This document shows, piece after piece, positions 21,289 through 28,009 of a stretch of DNA of 32,000 nucleotides. The stretch's first letter is position 1; every line of letters begins with the position of its first letter. Origin of the DNA: Nitrosococcus oceani ATCC 19707 (GTDB taxonomy: Bacteria > Pseudomonadota > Gammaproteobacteria > Nitrosococcales > Nitrosococcaceae); contig NC_007484.1 in assembly GCF_000012805.1 (NCBI RefSeq), positions 540,001 through 572,000 of the forward strand, in the 5' to 3' direction. Below the pieces are notes generated by a model, which was not told the origin of the DNA, did no database searches, and saw nothing but the letters and a program-made list of their open reading frames with translations. Both the position numbers and the translations under genes were made by a program.

Positions 21289-21648
21289 CTAATCTTTCGC
21301 TCTTTCCTGTTTTTTGATGTATTCCCTCAATACTTCGAGCGGCACTGCTCCAGCGGTTATCAGGCAATAAGCTCTAGTCCATAGAACAGGTTTCCAGTAG
21401 AAGTTGAGTAGATACTCATTGAACTCTTTTCGGATCAACCTACTGGTGACCGTTTCTAGGCTATTGATGAATTTGCTCGGCATTATATTGGGGTGCATAT
21501 CCAGAAGTAGATGAACATGGTCAGCTTCGCCGCCAAACTCATCGAGGGCTATTCCCCACTTGGCACATTGCTCTTGGCATATCACTTCTAACCGCTGAAG
21601 CATGGCTTGCGTAAAACATTGTCGCCTGTATTGAGTCATCAACACCAA
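21289..21648 (-). CDS. tnpA: IS200/IS605 Y1 (HUH) transposase TnpA, apparently N-terminally short
   Basis: YRRQCF, the HUH motif ADHVHLLLD, and the catalytic-Tyr region WTRAYCLITAGAVPLEVLREYIKKQ. A TGA lies immediately upstream of the TTG start, where family members carry ~15-20 more residues (..YHxVWxxKYRR). Confidence 0.8.
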   Translation of the reverse strand: MVLMTQYRRQCFTQAMLQRLEVICQEQCAKWGIALDEFGGEADHVHLLLDMHPNIMPSKFINSLETVTSRLIRKEFNEYLLNFYWKPVLWTRAYCLITAGAVPLEVLREYIKKQERAKD

Positions 21649-21653
21649 TCAGC

Positions 21654-22882
21654 ATGACGATGAGAGCCTACAAGTTCAGGATTTATCCTAATGCTGAGCA
21701 GACAATACTTCTGGCTAAGCACTTCGGGTGTGCTCGATTTGTTTATAACTGGGCTTTATCAGAGAAGAAAAAGCATGACGAAGCGAGCGGGAAAAGTCTC
21801 TCTAAACGAGCCTTTCAGGACGCTTTAGTTGCCAGTAAAAAAGCGGATAAAGGCTGGCTCAATGAAGTCAATAGCCAAAGTCTTTTGGCCTTGCTCAATC
21901 ACTTAGATAAAGCCTTTTCCAATTTTTCCAAAGGATTAGCTAAATTTCCCCGCTTCAAAAGCAAGTAGGCGGGTCGTCAGTCCTTCCAATGCCCGCAACC
22001 TACTCAGGTTGACCATGAAAACGCGATATTCATCTACCTAAACTCAAAGGTATCAAGGCCAAGCTACACCGTAATTTTACGGGCAAGATAAAAACAGTCA
22101 CCGTTACTCGCAGCGCATCCAACAAATACCTTGCAAGCGTACTGATTGATGAGGCTACACAGGTACCTATCCCGGCCACGATTGAAGTCAGTCAAACGCT
22201 GGGGCTTGAGCATCTATTGATTGATAGCGAAGGGCGTAGAGTTGATAACCCACGGTATCACCGACAAGCCTTGAAAAGGCTGGCAATTGAGCAAAGAAAA
22301 TTGGCACGTCAGCAAAAAGGCTCAAGCAATAGAACCCAGCAAAGACGAAGGGTTGCTAGGGTTCATGGGCGGGTAGTCAACCAGAGAAACAATTTCATTC
22401 ACCCAATCACAGCAAGGTTGGTTGGCAAAGGCCAGGCAACTACCTTTGCCGTTGAAGATTTGAATGTCAAAGGCATGGTAAAGAACCGCAAACGATCTAG
22501 GGCTATTCAAGATGTCGGCTGGGGAATGTTTTTGACAACGCTTGAATATAAGTGTCGTTGGAATGGAAAAAATCTTATTCGCATCGCTCGATTCGAGCCT
22601 AGCTCAAAACTTTGTAATCGCTGTGGTTATAAAGCGTCCATTATGCCACTGTCAGTACGTCAGTGGTGCTGTCCTGCGTGTCAATCGGTTAATGGCCGCG
22701 ATATCAACGCAGCAAAAAATATAAGAGATTTCGCTTTAGCTGATGTGCTGGGACACAGCGCTTGTATCAAGAGTTCCCCTGCGACAACACCTATCAGCGT
22801 AGGTATCACAGCGAAAGGTGCCGAACATTTAGCTCGTCACGGGTCGCAAGAAGCCCCTGCTAGAGCCGATAAATCGGCTTAG
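21654..22882 (+). pseudogene. tnpB: tnpB (IS605 OrfB / RNA-guided nuclease family) disrupted by an in-frame TAG and a frameshift
   Basis: N-terminal MRAYKFRIYPNAEQ..FPRFKSK stops at TAG 21966-68. Homology continues in frame 0 (AGRQSFQCPQ..VDHEN), then shifts near the A-run at 22017-22021 to frame 2 (IHLPKLKGIKAKLHR..TVTRSASNKYLASV..). It runs on to the RuvC/Zn-ribbon part (AVEDLNVKGM, CNRCGY..CPACQ, GRDINAAKNI), ending at 22882. Confidence 0.85.
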
Positions 22883-22891
22883 TAGCAGGGG
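22854..22891 (+). repeat. Imperfect palindrome at the tnpB 3' end (candidate IS right-end TnpA-binding hairpin / omega-RNA stem)
   Basis: CCCCTGCTA-G-AGCCGAT-AA-ATCGGCT-TAG-TAGCAGGGG. A 9-bp outer and a 7-bp inner stem straddle the tnpB stop (22880-82). Confidence 0.5.
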
Positions 22892-22993
22892 TATGTCACT
22901 AGCTGCTTCAAGATCGCAGGATAGTAGAGGCGGAGTATGAATTGGGCCTTTTAAAATCTTTGACCTGGCGTGTAACAAAATATTATTTTCTGG

Positions 22994-24808
22994 CTAGCTT
23001 TCAGAGTCATCTGGGCTAAAGCTGATGATGGTATCTCCCGTTTCAGGAGGATTCAAACCAGCAAGGGGATAAAAGGTAAGCTGGCCGTTTTTAGTTACCA
23101 CCGCGATTAATATCAATTCCTGGGGACGATCCTGAAGATAATCCTCATAGGTATACTCTTCCGTGAGTTGTGTGCTGCGAAATTCCCAGCCATGGTAGTA
23201 GTGACGCATGAAATCCTCATATTGAGTATTTTCGTCAAAGGCGATTCTCCCTCGCGCCGAGCGGGCAAAGGTTTTATCCTTTTCGCTGGAATTTGCTATG
23301 GAAGGCAACTGGAAGACATGATTTTGACCTAGTTGCGGCGCGAAGCGGGTACACACAAGGGCATTGTAGGCGTCATTGGCGGTGACGGCCAGCACATAGC
23401 TGATGGCATTGAGTTCAAGAGAAGTTTCCGCAATTTCAGATAATATTTGTCCCCGGTATATCTCCAAATTCGATAGGCGCGCAGCCCGTAAGTGATGCCA
23501 TGAAGTGTCGTTTACAATCACGGGAATGCCTAGTTTTTTAAGCGAGCGGGCTAGATCGACTGACCAGGGAGTAGCGCCTACGATAAGTACCCCGTTGGGA
23601 TTATGAGCGGCGAGACCTAGAAGACGTCCTAGCCCCGCCATGGTGAGACCGTGCAGAATGACGGTAGCGGCGATCAGCGCAAAGACTAACGGCAGGAGTT
23701 GATCGGCGCCTTTAAAACCTTGCTGGATAAGAGGGAAGGCCAGTAAACCCGCCATTGAAGCGGCGACAATGCCTCGGGGAGCAATCCAGGCGATGAGCAA
23801 TCTTTCCCGCCACTTTATCCCCGTTCCTAAAGTGGCAAGATAGACGGAAAGAGGCCGCACGAAAAAGATAGCGATGCCCAGCAAGGCAAGGCTGTGCCAA
23901 TCTAGTCTGGCGAGCGTTTCAAGCTCGATGTTGGCGCTCAACACGATAAAGAGCGTTGAAACAAGGATAAGGGTGATATGTTCCTTGAAACGGCGCAGTT
24001 CTTCAATGTTACGCAGCCGTTGGTTGGCGACGACGACGCCTGCCACGGTAACGGCTAGCAGCCCCGCTTCTTCTTGGACGGCATTGATGGCGACATAGAG
24101 CAAGAGTACGGCGCCAAGCATCACCGGAGATTTCAGGAATTCCGGGACATGCCCCCGGTGAAAGGCCCAACTTAACAAGTAGCCAAAGCCGATACCTGCG
24201 CTGGTAGCAGCGAGCAAGCCTAGGCCAAGGTTGCCTAGCGCCGCAAGTATCCCGTGCTCAGGGGACTCCATTACCCAGTACCACACGGCCCAATACTGGA
24301 AGACTAAAATGGCAAGCAAGGCGCCTAGTGGATCATTAATAATTCCCTCCCATTTAAGCAGCGCCGCCGTACGGCGCTGAAGGCGGGCAAATTTCAACAG
24401 CGGCATAAGCACTGTAGGACCCGTGACTACACTGATGGCGCCGAAGAGGGTAGCTATTGGCCAAGAGAGGCCCGCGATAAAGTGCGCTGCTGCTGTATTG
24501 AGGGTCCAGGTTAAAAATAATCCCAAGCTGACTAAACGCCTTACATCGACGCCAGCTTCTTTGTATTCATGCCACTGAAGGTTAAGTCCGCCTTCGAATA
24601 AAATGATGGCCACGGAGAGAGCTATTAAAGGAGGGAGGATATGGCCGAAAGTTTGCTCCGGATCGAGCCAGCCTAAGACCGGTCCAAGCGCGAAACCAGC
24701 CATTAACAGCAGCACAATAGCCGGGACTTGAAAGCGCCATGCTAGCCACTGGATGCTAACCCCAAGCACGACAATAAACGAAAAAATGAGGATTAGATCA
24801 GATTCCAT
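22994..24808 (-). CDS. Cation:proton antiporter (Na+/H+ exchanger family) with C-terminal cytoplasmic RCK/TrkA-like domain
   Basis: 604 aa. About 11-13 hydrophobic helices with Na_H_exchanger-like features (ILFEGGLNL). The soluble tail has a Rossmann-like GVLIVGATPWSVDLARSLKKLGIPVIVND. Confidence 0.85.
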   Translation of the reverse strand: MESDLILIFSFIVVLGVSIQWLAWRFQVPAIVLLLMAGFALGPVLGWLDPEQTFGHILPPLIALSVAIILFEGGLNLQWHEYKEAGVDVRRLVSLGLFLTWTLNTAAAHFIAGLSWPIATLFGAISVVTGPTVLMPLLKFARLQRRTAALLKWEGIINDPLGALLAILVFQYWAVWYWVMESPEHGILAALGNLGLGLLAATSAGIGFGYLLSWAFHRGHVPEFLKSPVMLGAVLLLYVAINAVQEEAGLLAVTVAGVVVANQRLRNIEELRRFKEHITLILVSTLFIVLSANIELETLARLDWHSLALLGIAIFFVRPLSVYLATLGTGIKWRERLLIAWIAPRGIVAASMAGLLAFPLIQQGFKGADQLLPLVFALIAATVILHGLTMAGLGRLLGLAAHNPNGVLIVGATPWSVDLARSLKKLGIPVIVNDTSWHHLRAARLSNLEIYRGQILSEIAETSLELNAISYVLAVTANDAYNALVCTRFAPQLGQNHVFQLPSIANSSEKDKTFARSARGRIAFDENTQYEDFMRHYYHGWEFRSTQLTEEYTYEDYLQDRPQELILIAVVTKNGQLTFYPLAGLNPPETGDTIISFSPDDSES

Positions 24809-25501
24809 AAAATGTTGTTTGGTAGAAACATAGAGGTAAGGATAGCAGGCTATTGAGTCTTGTCCCTATCCGCGGCGTTAACTATCCTCAAGCTATGAAG
24901 TTTCTCTGGTCGTGTTTTAGATTAGGAGAATTGAGTAGATTGACACTGGGCAAAAGCCTAGCAGTTCATCCAATAAACTCAAGGAAGAAAAAACAGGCGC
25001 TTTCCAGGGCGCTTATTCCTGTGTATTTCACCTGATACACCCTGTTAGGCGAATGGCGCGCCACAGGATGGGCCTCTCCAAAGTCCGCCAATTGGTATGG
25101 TATCGCCATTGGACTGTCTGTTAAACGATAGGGAGCTAGTATGCAGGCGTAAAGTTGTTATCTCAGAGATGGAACACCGCCGTTTCTCTTAGTCCATAAT
25201 GGTTATTAGGATGGAAGCAATTCTTGGGAGGAGACTGGAGAACCAGGGTGGTGACGTGGGCCAGGTACAGGCAATTCCACGGCCGGCCTGCGCACATATA
25301 ATCAGCCGGTGGGGAATGGGGTCAGGGTTGTCCGCTAAGCGATGAAATAGAGGAGGGAATCAATTGTGGGGGCGAGCAGCCAGACTATTTTTACTTAGCC
25401 CATAGGGCAGATAGGCGTGGGGGATATGCCACATACCGGCGGCCGAGCAGAAGTATCTCACGCCGTGGGCGTCGGGCCGATCCTTAGGAGGAGGCGATGC
25501 A

Positions 25502-25873
25502 ATGAGAGGCGTTATTATAACTGCTCTGCTAACATTGATATTTTTATTTTGGCTGGCGGGGGGGCTTTACGGTTTTTTAAAAACCAAAAATAAGTCGCCA
25601 GAGGCCAAGCGAACGGTGGCCTATATTCTTGGATATCCCTTGCTGGCGGTTTATGTGGCGAGTGATGGCTTACCGCCGGCCGCAATCGTCTTCCCTGTTG
25701 GCCTGGGAGGCGTGTTTTGGCTATTGGCTGGTATGCACCTACAGAAAGTTTTAGAAGGTGAGTACCCACCCACGCCTGGGACATTTATTGGACTTTCCAT
25801 AAAGTATTGCCTTGGCGGCGTCCTCGGCGCATTTCTTCTGGGCGCTTTGCTTCAATACGCCGGGCTGTTTTAG
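25502..25873 (+). CDS. Small integral membrane protein (about 4 TM helices), unknown function
   Basis: 123-aa ORF with a strong RBS (AGGAGGAGG, 7 nt upstream of ATG). Four hydrophobic segments. No motif recognised. Confidence 0.55.
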   Translation: MRGVIITALLTLIFLFWLAGGLYGFLKTKNKSPEAKRTVAYILGYPLLAVYVASDGLPPAAIVFPVGLGGVFWLLAGMHLQKVLEGEYPPTPGTFIGLSIKYCLGGVLGAFLLGALLQYAGLF

Positions 25874-26166
25874 GTGCCGTTTGGGGTAAGATAGCAATGC
25901 CCTCCTTTGTGGATTGAACGACCATCATCGGATTGAGTTTATAGTAGGGCTTTAGCGCAAATTTTCGAAAAAGCTCAATAAAGGCAAGTCGATCAGTTTA
26001 GAAATATCAAAATTACTTTGCCTATGATGTGCGTATTTGCTAAAGCTAATGGGGGCTGGCAAAATTAATAATTATTTGATATAGGGATAAAAATAAGTAT
26101 TAGTCAATAGCTGATTGCGTATGATAAGGCGCAGGTTGATCAGTTTATTTTATGTTGGGCGTAAAC

Positions 26167-26517
26167 ATGACGAATACAGCGAACGAAGTGGAGTGCGCTT
26201 ACTGTGGCGCCGTGCTTCCAGATGGACACACGTCGCCTTGCCCCCAGTGCGGAAAGAAGGGACGGAAAATCTCGGTCAGCGTAGCCGAAGAAATCAACGT
26301 TGCCGAGAAGGTGACATGGGAGAAGCGACGAGAGTTTTATGAAAAGCATCCGCTGGCATGGGCGACGGTCATCGCTATAACAATTGGCGCACCATTTCTC
26401 GGTTTATTCTTGGCGGGGTGGGCTGGGGTGATCGCCGGCTTGGCGCTAGGCGGTATCGCATATTGGATTGGTCCGATTGCGGTCACGAAAGTAAGAGAGA
26501 TTGAGCGGGGTGGTTAA
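26167..26517 (+). CDS. Zinc-ribbon protein with two C-terminal TM helices, unknown function (cassette B)
   Basis: CAYC..x13..CPQC Zn-ribbon, then WATVIAITIGAPFLGLFLAGWAGVIAGLALGGIAYWIGPIAV. The ATG lies 6 nt after the GTTGGGC box (alternative ATG at 26152). The stop lies 5 nt before attC1. Confidence 0.55.
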   Translation: MTNTANEVECAYCGAVLPDGHTSPCPQCGKKGRKISVSVAEEINVAEKVTWEKRREFYEKHPLAWATVIAITIGAPFLGLFLAGWAGVIAGLALGGIAYWIGPIAVTKVREIERGG

Positions 26518-26522
26518 TTCTC

Positions 26523-26594
26523 GCCCAACAAGTCGCTCCAGCCGACCGTCAAACCGCTGCGCGGCTCGCCGTCGGCTGAGCTTCGGCGTTGGGC
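26523..26594 (+). other. attC-like recombination site 1 (72 nt)
   Basis: GCCCAAC-AAGTC-GCTCCAGCCGAC...GTCGGCTGAGC-TTCGGC-GTTGGGC. The R boxes are perfectly complementary. The L arms pair over 11 bp with one bulged C. It matches the AACAAnTCGnTCnAGCCGAC pattern of aadA-type 59-base elements as I recall it. Confidence 0.8.
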
Positions 26595-26703
26595 TTTTTG
26601 GCAGCAGTGTTTTCTCTATAACCATTTAATATCCCGAGATTTAAATTAAAAATGAGATTTTTTGATTATGATAAAATGATTACAAAGTTTGGGGTGCATC
26701 GTG

Positions 26704-26982
26704 ATGAGTCAAATTATAAATCTGGAATTAAGTAACAGTACATTTGAAGCTATTCAAAAAAAAGCTAAAGAAGCCGGCCTATCGCCATCCAATTTAATAA
26801 AAGAGCTACTAGAGAAAAAATATCATTCTAAAGTGATGTCTGAAGAGGGTAAGGATAAAGCGCGTTCTAATTTTGAACGCCATTTTGGTGGGTTTGATTT
26901 AGGTTATTCAATGGGAGCGGATAACGAAGATATTGATAAAGAGTTGGCAAATTCGTATATGGATAGTAATGGGGCGGGTTAA
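26704..26982 (+). CDS. Ribbon-helix-helix type antitoxin (VapB-like) (cassette C)
   Basis: MSQIINLELSNSTFEAIQKKAKEAGLSPSNLIKELLEK is an RHH-like beta-alpha-alpha N-terminus. The stop overlaps the toxin start (TAATG at 26980-84). The start could be GTG 26701 or TTG 26689. Confidence 0.6.
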   Translation: MSQIINLELSNSTFEAIQKKAKEAGLSPSNLIKELLEKKYHSKVMSEEGKDKARSNFERHFGGFDLGYSMGADNEDIDKELANSYMDSNGAG

Positions 26983-27455
26983 TGTTACTGGACACTTCTG
27001 GCCTTTACTGTTTACTTCACAAAGCAGAATTTTTTCATAAGCAAGCGTGTGAATTTTACTACTCTGCTCAGAGGCGAGTGACAAATAATTATGTTTTAGA
27101 CGAGTTTATTGCACTGGCTAGTGTGCGCCGACTCCCTCGGGAAAAATCTTTAGCGTTCGTCACCGATTTATTAAACAATCCTGATATTCAGGTGATTTGG
27201 ATAGATGAATCACTAAATAACGAAGCGTTAACTTTGCTGCATGCACGAAAAGATAAAGGTTATTCTTTACGTGATGCCGTCAGTTTTATAATTATGCGCC
27301 AAAAAAACATTGATGAAGCATTGACGACAGACATCACTTTGAACAGGAAGGTTTTCGGCGGCTTCTTATTTAGCGTAATAGTAGCGAAAGGGTACAGCCT
27401 AACAGGGCGCTGTAGAGAACATTTGACAAAGTGCGCCAACCTGCGTTCCGCGTAG
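26982..27455 (+). CDS. vapC: PIN-domain (VapC-like) toxin with a probable 1-nt deletion near the 3' end (cassette C)
   Basis: MLLDTSGL.. (Asp4), ..LDEF.., ..SLRDAVSF.., ..ALTTD. After the fourth acidic residue, the canonical PIN C-terminus HHFEQEGFRRLLI* is readable only in the adjacent frame (27332-27373). The annotated frame runs on into attC2. Confidence 0.8.
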   Translation: MLLDTSGLYCLLHKAEFFHKQACEFYYSAQRRVTNNYVLDEFIALASVRRLPREKSLAFVTDLLNNPDIQVIWIDESLNNEALTLLHARKDKGYSLRDAVSFIIMRQKNIDEALTTDITLNRKVFGGFLFSVIVAKGYSLTGRCREHLTKCANLRSA

Positions 27456-27498
27456 AACAGGCGTGTTTGTCAAATACCGCTGAGCTTGGTCGTTAAGT
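27397..27498 (+). other. attC-like recombination site 2 (102 nt)
   Basis: GCCTAAC-AGGGC-GCT..ATTTGACAAA...TTTGTCAAAT..GAGC-TTGGTC-GTTAAGT. There is a 10-bp perfect inner stem, and the spacer geometry matches site 1. Confidence 0.7.
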
Positions 27499-27514
27499 TT
27501 TTAGGAATTTTGTA

Positions 27515-27910
27515 ATGGCAAAAGATTGGAAAGAATTAACCACTGACGAGCTTCTAAACTTTAACGGACCCGAGACAGCGGAGATAGCTCGGTTTGAGAG
27601 AATTATGCAGCAACGCACTGCGGAGTCTCTCAGAGAATTTCAGTCCGAGCTATCGAATACCGCTAATCATATAAATCAATCCACGGATCGGATAGTCGGA
27701 GTTGGTAATAGGTTGATTAAAACAATTGAAGCACAAGGAGAGGCTCAAAAGAAACATCAGCGATCAATCGTCTGGCTCACAGTTGTAATTGCGGTCGCTA
27801 CTGTGGCTTATGTAATTATCACCTGGTTCTCAGTACAAACGATGCAAGAAGCCAATGATATTCAGCGCAAATCAGCCAACATTGAGCGGTCCGGGAATAC
27901 AAAAACCTAA
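27515..27910 (+). CDS. Coiled-coil protein with a C-terminal TM anchor, unknown function (cassette D)
   Basis: 131 aa with RBS AGGA. A helical N-terminal ~85 aa, then SIVWLTVVIAVATVAYVIITWFSV. The stop TAA lies inside the ACCTAAC box of attC3. Confidence 0.55.
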   Translation: MAKDWKELTTDELLNFNGPETAEIARFERIMQQRTAESLREFQSELSNTANHINQSTDRIVGVGNRLIKTIEAQGEAQKKHQRSIVWLTVVIAVATVAYVIITWFSVQTMQEANDIQRKSANIERSGNTKT

Positions 27911-27985
27911 CAAATCGTTGGAGACGGACGTTTGTTCCGCAGGCTGCGCCCGCTCTAAAAACGCTGCTCAACTCCCCGATTAGTC
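27905..27985 (+). other. attC-like recombination site 3 (81 nt) with a non-canonical 3' core (ATTAGTC)
   Basis: ACCTAAC-AAATC-GTTGGAGACGGAC...GCTGCTCAAC-TCCCCG-ATTAGTC. The L arms pair with a bulged G. At the position fixed by the 6-nt spacer, the core reads A-TT instead of G-TT. Confidence 0.6.
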
Positions 27986-28009
27986 CTTAAGCTGTTTGTA
28001 GGAGCCCAG

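Larger units (their letters stand above)
21131..22891. mobile_element. IS200/IS605-family insertion sequence (divergent tnpA/tnpB), decayed; the ends are approximate and bounded here by subterminal palindromes
   Basis: It contains a Y1 HUH transposase ORF and a TnpB (OrfB_IS605 plus Zn-ribbon) reading frame. There are imperfect palindromes at 21131-21180 and 22854-22891. No terminal inverted repeats are expected for this family. Confidence 0.6.

Noticed and set aside
24853-25035. 60-aa plus-strand ORF upstream of the antiporter.
   Set aside because: It has no RBS and no motif, and its composition fits a non-coding region. It overlaps the probable antiporter promoter.
24956-25050. Possible degenerate attC (GCCTAGC ... 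GTTAGGC) upstream of the array.
   Set aside because: The boxes are nearly complementary, but the arms between them do not pair in the attC geometry (spacers and L arms fail). Only an internal small hairpin is present.
25991-26147. 10-bp direct repeat GATCAGTTTA (25991-26000 and 26138-26147).
   Set aside because: A rough expectation for a 10-mer recurring within 150 nt somewhere in a 32-kb AT-biased sequence is of order one to a few. That is not significant on its own.
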